From: Callorhinchus milii
Lineage: Eukaryota
Direction of reading: 5' to 3'
NCBI RefSeq assembly: GCF_018977255.1
Contig: NW_024704743.1
Coordinates: 24,926,001-24,990,000 of the forward strand
DNA: 64,000 bases
A model generated the notes under the pieces. That model made no database searches. It saw only the letters and a list, made by a program, of their open reading frames with translations, and had not been told where the DNA came from. Shown here in pieces: positions 23,382-36,900 of this stretch. How positions within the stretch are numbered: position 1 is the stretch's first letter; every line of letters begins with the position of its first letter. A program made the translations under genes and the position numbers.

Positions 23382-25714
23382 AAATAAAATTGGTCATTCA
23401 CTTCATGACTGTTTGTGGGTATTGCTGTGTGCAAATAGGCTGCCATATTCATCTATGAAATACACATTCACTACGGTTTACATTTCCTGTGAAGCGCTTT
23501 GAGATATATTCTTGACGTGGAAGAGTAATATCAAATCAGAATTATCATTATGTATTAAGAAATATTGAACAAATGAAGGCTATTCCTTCAGCAACAACAA
23601 CAAAATTAGATTATATAGCGCCTTTTACATCAGAAGGATGTCCCAAATCGCTGCAACTACCATCATAACGTTTACTACATCCACAATGTGCTGGGAATTG
23701 TATTACATAGGACCTCTGCTTAACATCTCAGCCAAAGGATAGTGGCTTTAATAATGCAACATTGCCTCAATATTGTACTAGAGTATCCATGTACATTCGG
23801 AGATGAAATTTAATGTGAAGAATGAACTCCTAACCTTCTGTTCCACAGACAAGAATGCTATTACATTGAGCGAAACTGACGCATGTATCCGGAAAACAGT
23901 GAAAGCCTCATTTGCCCTTTAAGATGCAATAGATTCAAATTGGTTCTGTGAAAAGTCTGGAGAGGAATGCAATCTGCTTTTTATTCTCAAGCACAGCTGA
24001 AATTAGGAACCCAACCCCAAACAACAAACAAAAATTTCTACTTTTTCTTCTGCATAGCTGCAGGACTGTAGTGTGCTTGGGTGCTGGCTGGCTACATTTC
24101 AAAGTTATCAAAAAACAAATTTAAAGACTAACCCCAATAATCTGCCTTGGTCTGTAACCAAGTTAATTGGATTTCCTTTTTTTTAAAGAAGGACTGTTGC
24201 TCGAGATTATTGGCAGAAAGTTATTTATAATTTCTCAAGAGTAGGCTTTGCTCCCTGCCTGCTTCCCTCCCTCTAGAGTCTGTGGGTGGTTACGTAAAAT
24301 ATATCAGATTGTTAAACAGTTTAATTTTCTTCCTGTAAACTAGCAAAGTGAATGCTGCTGTTATACAAGGAAATAATGGTGCACGTCATTTCATTCAGAC
24401 AAAATGGATATATTGAATGAAAACATGAATAAAAATTATGTGCAAATCTGTGTTCAGACAGCTTGAATTACAGAAGCCAATTCCAAACAAGTCACAATAC
24501 ATTGCATTGTACATGTGACTTTATCTAAACACTAGTGAAGAAAACCATAAGTAACCCTCTCCATCTCATAGCATTAAGCATCAAAATATTCCTTTCTCAC
24601 TTCTATTATTAATTACATTTCAGTGGTTAGTACGTCATATGTTAATGCCTCTACATTCAAAATACACACTTAAACCATCACTGTTGTTGAACTGGAGCAA
24701 AAAGAAAAAAACACCTAAATTGAAAGCAATTGGGCACAACCCTGAAAATATGTTATCACCAGATGGTACTTTTGTCATTTTGTTTCAGCAGCTTCTGTAG
24801 TCTGTCACTCTCAGCGATTCTTTCAGGTATGTCAGCTTCACAACACAAGCTCCTCATTGGGACTGACTGAAGTCTCACATCGTCAACCCTCACCTCCCTC
24901 TTCCACCCATTTCTCCACCGATCACTTACTCGAACAACTTAGCAACCCCGACCGCCCCTCCCCACAACCACTAGATCTGTTGCACTCTTAAACTTTGATA
25001 CCTACTGCAGAAGGCTGAAGGGCATTCCTGTTACATCCTCCCTCCTGCCCCACTGCCCTCCTCCATCCCCATCTCCCTCCCCCCCATTTATAGCTGCACA
25101 GAGGAAGGAAAGTGTTATAATTAATCAATTTAACACAGTTAATAAAAATAATCCTTGCATTTAATATGGTGCCTTATCACGTTGTCAAGGGGTCTCAAAG
25201 CACTTCAAAGAATATACTGTATAGTGAATTAACTGTATATTTTGTGGCCAAAACATTTTTTTCTGTTGATTCTGAAAGGATTGATTCTGTTCTTGAAGTG
25301 TTGTCCTTTAAGAGAACTTGTGGCAAAAGTCACATCCTGTTTTGGAAAGTCTATCACTGTCCAAGAGAAAACATTGTGGCCAGTGCATTTTCTGACCACC
25401 AACTGTGTGCACCCATGTTCCCTATAGCACACAGTTGGATTATCAGTGCAAGTATTTTGCCGTTGAAGAGCTATTCATGCATGGCTGTTACAGACACAAG
25501 GTAAAAAAGGAGACTTAAACAGAAAATAGGGCAGAACTCCGCTCCTACCCGTGTCAAGTTTAATGCAAGTAGCAATGGCGAAGAGCTGAAGAGAATGATA
25601 TTCAGGTTAATGTTACAGTCATCGATCGGGGGCACTTTATCAGTAGTGACACAAGTGGAACATAGGCTTTCCGAACCACAAGAGTACGCTGTAAGTGCAG
25701 GTTGTCATACTCAC

Positions 25715-25934
25715 AGGACAATGCATCGAGCTCTGATTTCAAACTGGATAAATCTTCCAGCGAGTTTTCATTCCCTTCAGCACCTACACCTCTCCCTCGG
25801 GGACCCATTGCCTTGGAGCGCCTTCTTTCATGAATCTCATCGGAAATCATCTCCAGATTCTTCAAGGCAGTCTTGTATTCTCCTTTGGCTGCAGAAAGCT
25901 TGGCCTGGAGCTCATCTACATTCCTCTTTAAATG
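25715..25934 (-). CDS. SH3BP5: SH3BP5 coding exon 7 (HLKRNVDELQAKLSAAKGEYKTALKNLEMISDEIHERRRSKAMGPRGRGVGAEGNENSLEDLSSLKSELDALS)
   Basis: ggaag acceptor after a pyrimidine tract, gtgagt donor. 220 nt. LKNLEMISDEIHERRR is conserved. Confidence 0.95.
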
Positions 25935-27069
25935 CTTCCAGTGGATAAAAAGGGAAAGTCACACTTTCGAAGATAGCACAGAAATACATTTAGTGCAAAT
26001 TTTAAATGTGGAACCTGGATAAGCGAAGGGGCTAAACATGAAAGCTTATAATAATAATAATCCTTGCATTTGATATAGCGCTTTTCACGTCTTCTAGACA
26101 TCTCATATATTCAACAATAACAATTTGTATTTATATAGCATCTTTTTCACCCTTATTCAGTGTATTTAGGAGGAAACTTGGTGCAAGAGAGCGAAGGGAA
26201 CAGAGGGATATGGGGGAAGACTAGGGAAAGAGGATTAGAACCACAGGAATTTATGGCCCAGAAGAAAGCCATTCGGCCCATCGTATCTGTGCTACCTCCC
26301 TCAAGAGCAATCCGTTCAGTCCCACTTAACTACCATACCCCAGATTAGAATGGGTGGAGACTCATTTGAAATATAAATAGCGGAAAAGACTACCTGAGCC
26401 GAATGTTTCAGTCTGTAGATTCTATGTAAAGCTCCTGGAAGGAACAAGCTATTTCCCCTTTCCACAGACCTTGCACAACTACACTTTGATGGGCTATCCC
26501 ACATAGAAATAACAGAACTCAAAGAGACAATTAATATAATAATTCTTGCATTTGATATACCGCCTTATCACATCATCAAGACGTCTCAAAATGCTTCACA
26601 GAATATACTGTAAAGTGAATTGACTGTATTTTATGGGTGAAAGCAGCAGCCAGTAGCACACAGCAGTGTCCCACAAACAGCCATACAGTGAGTGACCAAT
26701 TTTATTCTGGTTTTTTTTTGGCCAGGACGCTGGGAGGAATTCCCTTCTCTTTTCCAATAGTGCTAATATGGGTCATTAACAGGAGAAAGATGCTGAAGTG
26801 TTTTGAAGTGATCTGAAAGCCACTATGTCAGTGTATATTGTTCTTGCTGTGGCAACTACAGTGATCTCTGAAAATCAGCAATTGATTTGATATGATATAG
26901 TAAAGTAAATAATTTCTATTAGCTCTGCATTGAACAGCAGAAATAATCTTGCTGCTGGACTGATGTTTTCCTGCTGTATAGACTCCCCCTCCGCCCCTCC
27001 ACATCTGGGTAAATATACTCTGATTGTACCACAGCATTATCTGTGTGTGTGTATGTGTATCAGCCTACC

Positions 27070-27465
27070 TCTGTGGTACACTCTCACCACTGAGTCAGAA
27101 GGTTATGGGTTCAAGCTCCCACCAAGTCGGGACTTAAATTCACATAGTCTAAACTGACAATCCAATGTAGAGCTGGGGTGTATTGCATTGTTGGAGGTGT
27201 CATCCTTCAGATGAGACGGTAAACCAAAGTCCTATCTACATGTTCAGGTGGACGTTAAAGATCCCATGGCACTATTTGAAAAGAGGAGTATCTCCTGGTG
27301 TCCTGGCTAACAAATCCCCCAAATAAAATTGGTCACCCACTCTATGGCAGTTTGTGGGACATTGCTGCTGCATTCACCCACAAAATACACAGTTAATCCA
27401 CTCTACAGTGAAGTGCTTTAAAATGTCTCAACAATGTGATAAGGTGCACAAAGGATTGTTATTAC
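27070..27465 (+). mobile_element. Deu-domain SINE (AmnSINE1/SacSINE1 superfamily). Further copies at about 10185-11000(-), 15350-15680(+), 21140-21690(-), 22690-23550(+), 35180-35560(-), 39010-39440(+), 45050-45368(+), 49850-50220(+), 50570-50850(+), 51890-52230(-)
   Basis: tRNA-like head (ctgagtcagaaggttatgggttcaag), core gatgagacggtaaacc...ttaaagatcccatggcactatttgaa...cctggtgtcctggc as recalled for DeuSINEs, and a shared L2-type tail. Confidence 0.75.
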
Positions 27466-27599
27466 GATTATCATCATCAACTATACTTCCATGATTTTTA
27501 TTATTTGTTTCTCTTGAAGTGTTAGCCTCCAGAGTTTCTTTCCCAATAATCCAGAACCCCTGGATAAAATACACACTGACATTTCTGATGAAAACTCAC

Positions 27600-27642
27600 C
27601 TCAAGCTGAAGGTAGTATTTTGCTTTCATTTCAAAATAAGGC
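27600..27642 (-). CDS. SH3BP5: SH3BP5 coding exon 6 (KPYFEMKAKYYLQLE)
   Basis: T-tract plus ccgcag acceptor, gtgagt donor. 43 nt, restores phase 0. Confidence 0.95.
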
Positions 27643-29474
27643 CTGCGGAGAAAAAAAAATTAGGATTGGGTTACCACATTGACGGGCACACATCAAAGCA
27701 AAGCTGCTCCTTTCTGATGAGCTTCTCACTGATAAATGAGACACTCACACAGTCAAGAAAATGATTTACAATAAATTTACTTTCCAAGTGATTATTTTTT
27801 AGCTGAAGAGCTAAGCACACACTCAACATGGTCCGATCAAGATTTTTCTGATCTCACAAAGAACCTAGAGGCTGTTACTTGCTTATTTATTGAACATGAA
27901 AGGCTAAAGTCAATCTCCTTTGATTCTGACAATGAACAGTTGCAGATGTAGCAATCCAGCAGTTCCAGAGGCAGTGTTATCCTTTGAAACATAACACTCC
28001 CATTAAAATGCACAGCCATGAACCACAGAAATATTCTGACAGCAAATCATGGGTTGATTATTTCATAGGTGAAGTTGTCTCTGTCGAGCTGGCCGAGAAA
28101 AAAAGTAATTCTAGACCTTTACAGTGAAGCAAGTCTCCAGTGAGATGGTTTATAGAATCTTGAATAATTTATCGGCAGCATTGAGTGTTTAGTCATTTAA
28201 ACAGGAGGATAGTAAAGGCACTGTTTTAAACAGCACAGTTGAAAGTAAACAGCAGAGCTCACAAACCCAGAAACTTCAATTTACTTTTGTTTGTGTGTAA
28301 ACCCCATGGGTTATACAATTTTTTGCAAAGATATTTCCATAATGCTGCTATTGCTCCAATCAAATTCAAATAAATAGTCTGAGACTGAGTGGAGCTGGGT
28401 CCGGGGCTGGAGATTGAGCAGGAAGTGTGACCAGCGCAAGAGACTGAGTGGAGCTGGGACAGGGTGTGGATTTTCAGATAATAAAGAGACTTTTCCATTA
28501 AAACTGAAAAGTTAAGGAGTGATTGAGATGGGTCTTCAAGATCATGAAAAGGGCTTTGACAGGGTAAATAGAACTTCATTTCCACTGGAGTAAGAGTCAG
28601 TAACGAAAGGGCACAAATAAGATAATCACAAAACAATTACGGGGAGGTTAGAAAACTTGTGGAATTCTCTTCCACAAACCAATGATGAAGCAGAGTCCAT
28701 AAACTATTTAAAATGGTAATAAGTTAGATGCTTAGAGAGGAAAATAATACGGGGTTGGGGAGAGGGTGGGATTTTATGATTCTAAAAAGAATGATTAGAC
28801 AAGAGTAGCAACATCTCTCAGTGTTTCACTGTCAGAAAATCGGTAAAATAACGACCTTATATTTTCAACACTGCATTGCCTTTGGATGTCCTCCCGATGT
28901 GAAAGGTGCTATGCAAGTGTTATTTGTTGTTAGTTGTTGTCGTAACCTAGAATAACACCAGTATTTTTTACCTTTGTCATTCCTGCTCTGTCATTGCTCA
29001 CAATCCCATTTTAACACAGCACATTAATATAATCCAATCACATATGTATGTCATATTTCATTGATGAAAAATGTGTCTGTGATGTGATAATTATCAGGGA
29101 TAAACCCCCTCCTCCCCCAACACACAAACACACACACAAACAACCATGCGCGCGCGCGCACACACACACACACACACACAGACACACACGTCTTTAAAAT
29201 GATTTTGCCCGACAGTTGTTTGATTTAAGGATGCATATCTCCCGAGCCGCCACTGATGTGTTGTGATCTGTCCAGTGGCCGGACAACTCAATAGCGTCAG
29301 AAAACAACTTGTGGACAAAACCACTTGAATAAAGTCAGGGGTCTTCTCCATAGCGGTCAATGACTGGGCCATCTCCAGGAATAGAATGTCATCACAGTTT
29401 CTCCACCCCTATCTATCACTCTAGCTAGCGATTTTTTTTCCCCTGAGCAAAGGGCAGTAAAGAGAATCACTCAC

Positions 29475-29605
29475 TTGGATTTATTTATGGCTCGTTTTAA
29501 TTTCTTCTCCAGTTGCTTCATCCTGCCCATTGCAGCGTTGTACTTGATGGCTGTTTCTTTGTGCAACAGCTCACTTCTGGTCTTTGTCTGTTCTGCTTCC
29601 ATAAC
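29475..29605 (-). CDS. SH3BP5: SH3BP5 coding exon 5 (VMEAEQTKTRSELLHKETAIKYNAAMGRMKQLEKKLKRAINKS)
   Basis: ccaag acceptor and gtgagt donor. 131 nt, ends in phase 2. Confidence 0.96.
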
Positions 29606-31295
29606 CTTGGAAACAAAGAGAATCCGACACGTCTGGTTTACTTGTTCTCCATGTATTTTTAATAAAGGCCTTTAAAATATTTAATTGAAAAAGAAACTTG
29701 GAAAAATATCTACTGCAACAATTAATGAGGCACAGGGCACAGAAAGCAGTCTGGCTCGTGTGGCCTGACCTACTTCAATCCAGTATTCACAGATGACTTG
29801 CCGCAGCTGTCTTAAAGTTGCCATAGAGTTAGTTGAACACAAGTTTAACCACCCCAAAACCAGCAGCAATGACACAATCTATAGGGAATAACAATTCAGA
29901 AATGGGAAACGCCTATTGTGGGAAAACACAGTAATCCAAGTCTCATTCCAACAGAGCACCAACCCTTGGGGCTGGCCATCTGGAAGGAAATAAATCGTGA
30001 TTAACCCCTCCCCCCACTGTAAACCCCATTGCCAGTTGCTAACATTCACCCACAAAATATCCAGTCAATTCACTTTACAGTATATTCTGTGAAGCGCTTT
30101 GAGATGTCTGGAAGACGTGATAAGGCACTATATCAAATGCAAGGGTTGTTATTATTGTCCCCTAATGTTGTCAGCTTGGCTCAATTAGAAGCACTATCAC
30201 CACTGAATCATAAATTTATGGGTTCAAGCCCTCACACCGGGACTTGGAACTCCTAGGCTTGGTAGGTGCTAAGTATGCAAGGGGAGAATAATAATCCTTG
30301 CAATTGATATAGCACTTTTTTCACATCTTCTAGATGTTTCAAAGCACTTCACAGAATATACTGTAAAGTGAATTGACTGTTTATTTGTGGGAAAAATGCG
30401 GCAGCCAATTGCGCAAGATACCAGTTTAACTCCAATTTGTTTCCTGTTGAGTTTAGGCAGAGTTCCAGAAACTAGCACACAAATACGGCACTCCATAGTG
30501 TGGAATTCCAATCACAATTGACTAGCAGATTCAAGCCCGACTCTTGTATCATGTAAAGGGAGGCTCGAGGTGCCTTGGGACATCCTCCTGATGTGAAAGG
30601 CACTGTATAAATATAAATTTGTATTGTATTGTTGAGTCAAGTCAACTGGCCTTGATGGCAATTTGTTCGCACATCAACCGTCACAATTTTCCGCTTCACG
30701 CTGAAACTTTTGTATTATTATTTAATATTACATTTTAGCCACTCAAATGGTCCTTCCTGTTTATTTTTCTATTCGTTTCACTTTTTAGTTCTTTGGTATC
30801 ATGGAGTTTTTTTTGAATATAGTTGAATCTTATTGAAACATAACCATTCGGAGCTCAGGTTAAATATCTTGCAATTGCCGGGCAATTCACTTTACAGTAT
30901 ATCCTGTGAAGCTCTGCGAGATGTCTCGAAGACGCGATATGGCGCTATACCAAATGCAAGGATTATTATTATTATTAAGCTTGGAACCAGAGACCAGATC
31001 CTCAGCGAGATCATTGACTTTTGTGATGCTGAATTACAAATAGACCTGGGACTGAAGCAATTTCACACACACATATAGGCTGTGAGAGAAGTCTCCCCAC
31101 TCTGCTGCTGCTGACTATTGTGCTGGAATCACAATCCCTTTTAAAGCCAGACTCGAAAGGGGTTTGGGTTTCGAAAACGTGATAAAGCTCCATATCAAAT
31201 TCAAGGATTATTATTATTAGTAGTTTTGAAGTCTCCTTCCTTACTAAAGGAGGAGCCACCACCTAAGGGAATGTTTGGTTTACAATTTGACATAC

Positions 31296-31460
31296 CCGTT
31301 GTGTGGCATGGTTAAGCATCTCCTGCCACGCTGAATCAAACTGACGTTCCTCATCTTCCAGCAGCCTCTGTTCAGCCAAAGCGATCGTCTCTTTGGCTGC
31401 CCGTAGCACCTCAGTGGCCCTTTGGAAATCCTGCGTGGCTTTCTGAGCCTCGAGCTGTGC
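31296..31460 (-). CDS. SH3BP5: SH3BP5 coding exon 4 (AQLEAQKATQDFQRATEVLRAAKETIALAEQRLLEDEERQFDSAWQEMLNHATQR)
   Basis: aatag acceptor and gtatgt donor. 165 nt. Contains the WQEMLNHAT family signature. Confidence 0.97.
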
Positions 31461-33699
31461 CTATTGAAGAGCAATAAATAACAGTGGAACCATTTATTTT
31501 ACAACACACCAAAAAATTGTTTTATCCCTATCCCTAAACACAAGGACCTTTGACTCTGGGGTGTAGTGAGCACCGTTCACTAATTATAGTCAATGTTTTG
31601 TTCTGCGCTTATAACTGGAAGTCCCAATGTCATGAAAATTCACTAGCCTTGGTGAACAATGCATTGCCAAACACCTATGTGGTCCTATAATAGGAAAACC
31701 ACTGCAAGTGAACCTTGTCAAAGAAACCACAGAGCGGCAATTTCTCATCCAAAGTTTCTCTTTATGAAAACAACCTTGAGTAAGAACTACAACGACACAA
31801 CTTTGCTTCATGTAGAATAATGTCTCAACGCACTTTGCAAAGATGGGATCAGATGCCAAGCAATGGTGAGGTGGGTGGGAAGTGACCATAGGTGCAATCA
31901 AAAAGAAGGCAGGGTTTTAAAGACTGTGATGAACTATGATGAACTTAGGCGGTAAAAGGCATAAAAGTTAACAAGGAGGTGGAGGGTGGGTGTCCTGGGA
32001 GGCAAGGCTTAGCAATGAAATACCATGTTGCTAAGCCTCTTTCTATATTCACTGAGACTGCACTATGTGGCTGATGGCAGTCCTTCATTCAGAAGCAAAA
32101 TAATACCAGGCAGCTCAACTTTACACTCCAGGGCCAACTAGAATCAGCCTGGCTCAACAACAACAACAAAATTAAATTTATAGAGCACTTTCACATTGGG
32201 AGGACATCCCAAGGTGCTGGACAGTCATGGGTCAGGACCCGAGCATGGGGGAGGGGTAGGGGAGGGGTGAGGGAAGGCAGAGAAGTGAGAGGGCGACTGA
32301 AGGCACGATCGAAGAGGAGGGTCTTGAGACCGGTCTTGAAGGAGGCAAGGGAGGAAGTGAGGTGAAGCGACTGTGGGATGGAGTTCTAGAGTGTGGGGGC
32401 AGAGAGACTGAAAGCCCGGCCACCTATGGTACAACAACAACAACAAAAAGATTGCATTTATAGAGCGCCTTTCACATCGGGAGGATGTCCCAAGGCGCTG
32501 GACAGTTGGGTTGGGACCCGAGCAGGGGATCAGGATGAGGGGAGGGAAGGGAAGGAGCGAGGAGGGGATAGAGATTCGAGAGGGGAGGTGAAGGCACAGT
32601 TGAAGAGAAGGGCGGACTGGGCAGGAGACATGGAGCAAGCCGGAACCCGCTGAATGGATGGAGCGGGCAGGTTGATAGGGAGTCAGCAGGTCAGAGAGGT
32701 AGGAGGGGGCAAGGCCATGCTGGCCTTGAAAGTGAGGACAAGGATCTTGAATTCGATCCTCTGAAGCCAGTGGAATCGATAAGTAAGTAACACACCTTCT
32801 TCTGAGTATAAAATCATTTGATTTCCAAATTTAAGATCGTACAGAATTGCGGAACATTCTTGAATTCAGTCTTGATTTGGAAGCTGCTTTTCTGCAGTTC
32901 AAAAAAAATCACAAGAATGGTTTGCATGACGAAGGACCTTCAACCCATCTGATCTCATCTCCAGAATACCAACTCTAACATCCTCCAACCACAGCATGAA
33001 GCTACTTCATAAGCGAGTCCAGTGTTCTGCCCTCAACCAACCTTCCTGGCAAAATTAAATGTATAAAATCCCCTATTAGTCATCTTCTTTCAGGACTGGA
33101 GTGCCCTACCTTATCTAATTGTTGCTCATAGTTCAATCTTGTAACACTGGGGATCATTCTCATTGCTCTCCACCGCACTGAATCCAGGGCCTGGCAGCTC
33201 ACCAATGTTACAATGACCAGAATTGTATAAAGTACTCTAGGTGCCACCTGACCTGAGCACTATATAGTTTGAGTGCGCTCTTAAAAAGAAAATATTTTTC
33301 CAATTAAGATTGAGTTTAAAAAATCATGAAATCATAAACATAGCAAAATACACTGACATCTAACCAACTGCAGAAATACGTTGTTTCCCATGGCCACTTT
33401 TACTATTAACATGATAGCTTATTTTACTGTGACGCATTTACCTCCCTCCTCTGGTCAGCCAGGAATGTCACAAACACTTTAATTATAGGATCAAGGAAAC
33501 TTAAATTATACCCCAATCTATTTTAGTATTGCTTAGGAACAAGCACCGGAGTTGGCTCAGTGACCAATCTATAACTATTCTGAATTAGATTACATTACTT
33601 GGTGTCAAAAAATATAATAAAACATGAACAGGAAGCACAACTCCACATTGGGCTGGCCCAGAAAAGGCTGGAATTTTTAGAATACTTGAGAATAATGTT

Positions 33700-33930
33700 T
33701 GTGGTACTGTGCTCATTTTGAAACTCCAACCCTAGGATCCGAGTTTGAAATCTGACAGACAGACACAACTTTATCTTCTTGACTACCCAGGTCTTATCTG
33801 AAATACGTTTTCAATAGGTTTAGCTCCGTTCTTAAACGACACGAGTCCACCTCACATACAGTTCTGCGCTTCATTGGAAATCTCGCTCGGTCAAAATGAA
33901 AAACTTCACAATGCAGGTTCTTTACTGTGG
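33700..33930 (+). mobile_element. Highly diverged LF-SINE-like relic
   Basis: cttatctgaaatacg...agctccgttcttaaacgacacgagtccacctcaca resembles the LF-SINE core as recalled (cctatgtgaaatgag...agtccagttcctagtggacaggtgtccacatcaca). Not verified by search. Confidence 0.4.
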
Positions 33931-36900
33931 TTGGGATAATAGAGAACTGATATAAAACTCATTGCATTTGAGGATGCTTGCATGCTCTCTATCATGTTGT
34001 CGAGACGTCTTAAAGTGCTTCACAGGATATATCGTGAAGTTGAGTGACTGTGTCGTTTGTGGGTAAATGCAGCAGTCAATTTGGACAGAGTAATGTCTCA
34101 CAAACAGCCAAGGAGGGAGTGACCAATTTTATTTGGGGTGTTGTTATCCAGGACACGTAGTATGGAGGGAATGTTATTTGGCTATGCTGTACTACACTTC
34201 CTGGTAGGGCAGTTGCAGTTAAGGCTCCAAAAGTGTTACATTCTGCATGACTGACAGACATAAAGCGCTCTGGGATCCTTCCTCTCTTAAACACAAGTTG
34301 TTGTCATACGAATTTAAAATTCTAATTAATACTTTAAGCATTTAAAGCTTACAGGAAGTCATCTTTTGCAGATGATATAACAAAATGAATGTATGCACTT
34401 AAAGGTTTAAAAACATACAGTGCAATATTGATTTAAAACATTATTAATATTTTAATCAATGCTACTGGAAAAATAACATTATATTAGGGCTAGAAAAAAA
34501 AGCAAATTTTTAAGTGTCTGAATCTTCAAATGACACCCATACCAGATAGATGTGGGCATGTGGAGATGGTGCAATGTGAGATTGAAGCTAAAAAGAGCTA
34601 GACTGCAGCTGAAAAAAAACATACAGCATCAAAATCTAGGGAGAAGGGAGCTGGAGAAACTGCTGAATTCAAAGGCAAAATCTTTGCTTCAAACCCAATC
34701 CACAATAAACGCAAAACTCTCCTCAACATTAACGACTGGCGAATAAAGGGCAAAAAAAGGGATCAATTATCTTCCATGCACATGAAAAAGACAGCAAGAG
34801 ACCGCATTATAGGAGCTAGTTCTCTAAGGTCAAGCTTCCTCCTGATATTAGCCCAGCGATGTATTTAAAATTTAATAATCCCTGCTACTTCAGAAGGAAT
34901 TTCAGGCAACATTACACACAGCAGGTAATGAAAGTCAGCTCTTTAGCTTTCCCAGTGCTTGTGCACATTTAGAAGTTAACTAGTTTAAATTACCTTACCA
35001 GTTACTTCCTAACAAGTATCCCTGCTCTCACAAATATTCCACATGTTCATGAGGGATTTTTCTCTCCCCTACTCTCAAATATGTGTGCTAAAGAAGTAAT
35101 AAACAGCAGGTGGTTTGTAAAAGCAGAAATAGAAATATATGGATCAAATATAAAAGTGGTATATTTGTTCCAAGTAAATATTAGGAGGACATCTCAAAGT
35201 GCTTCACAGGATTTACTGTAAAGTGTGGTGACTGTGTATTCTGTAGGCAACATGGTAGCCAATTTGCAGACCGCAATGTCCCACAAACAGCCATGAAGCG
35301 ATTCTTTTATCAAGGGGATTGTTGGCCAGGACGCCAGGTGAAACTCCCTTCTCTCTTCAATTTGTGCCATGGAATCTTAAATGAACAGGCAGTCAGTTTA
35401 ACATCTTATCCAGACAGCCCTTCCACCAACACAGCGCTCGCTCCCTCAAAATTGCTCTGGAATGTCAGCCTAGATAGTGAGTTCAAAATCCCAACACAGG
35501 GCTTGATCCCACAATCTTCTGACTCAGAGATGAAAGTGCTAACAACTGAGCCAGGCTGACGCTTGTAAAGACACTGTGTAAACACACAGATGTAAATATA
35601 TAGTGGGAAGTGCCATACGCAGCTAGAGACCTCAGGACAAATTTATCATATCAGAATCTACACGCGGAATAATAACAAAATGACAAAAACTGGCACCACA
35701 GGCCGTCAACGGCAGCAGATGCTCTGCTCTGCATTAATGGGCATGGCTGGAAAGTGAAAACTAGCACATTAACAATATGCCAGCTTCGTCAAATACAATC
35801 TTATTATTTCCGTTCCCTCCGTTCCTCTGGCTCCGGTCTGCTCCACATCCCCCGCCCCAACCGCCCTACCATCGGTGGCCGGGCCTTCAGCCTCTCAGCC
35901 CCGAGGCTCTGGAACTCCATCCCCCAGTGCCTTCGCCGCCTCCTCCCTTTCCTCCTTCAAGGCCGGTCTCAAGACCTTTCTCTTCGACCGTGCCTTCAGC
36001 TCCCCTCTCGACTCTCTACCCCCTCCTCGCTCCCTCCTTTCCCTCCCCTCACCCTGACCATTTCCCCCCTGCTCGGGTCCTGACCCAACGCCTTGGGACG
36101 GCCTCCCGACGTGAAAGGCGCTCAATAAATGGAATCTTGTTGTTGTTGTTGTTCATTTTTTGGGGGAAATTTAACAAGATGCAGGAGAGGTGAATGGGAG
36201 AGGTATAGGAGAGGGGAATAGTAGGGTCGGAAGCTCACATGGAGTATAAACACCTATACAGGCTAGTTAGATTAAATGGCCTCTTTCCGTGCTGTATCAC
36301 GCTATGTAACTCTACGTAAATTAGACTTCACTGTCAACTGGAGTCTAGAGTTAGTGGATTTCCTATTATTAGCATGGAAACCAAAGTATGTTCTGGAGCA
36401 GTGTGTGCCAAAGCAAAAATAACTTGTACTTACAAAGCACCTTCCACACAGAAAACATATCTGGAAGTGTTTGAGATGCACCACAAACTGTTACATTCTG
36501 GTGAGTACTGGCCAGTGCTATCTGAAAGAGGCTCTTTTGACACATGATATATTGTCATCCTCTTTATAGCATTCCTTGACCTCTGTATAATTCCTATTGC
36601 TTTACTGCACTGGATTCATACCTTAGTCTATCTCTCTCTCTACTAATCATACAAATGACATTTTTGCAAACTATTTCCTCGTCAGATGGCTACAATGTTG
36701 AATGCGGTCTTTGTGCTGAGAAACAGCACGAAGGCCGATAAAAGTTTGAGCGTCAGGTTGAAACCGAACATAGCTGAAATGATGTTAATTCAACATTAAT
36801 TATTTTCTCCCGCTGTATGTTTCAAATGATCTGCCATGGATAGTCTGACAGATTAATTACTTTAAATAATGAAGTGTGTCATAAAGCTAACTGTAAACCC

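Noticed and set aside
24789..24826. 38-nt plus-strand segment with good acceptor and donor sites (antisense exon)
   Set aside because: An isolated splice-site pair with no partner exons or other support, expected by chance in 64 kb.
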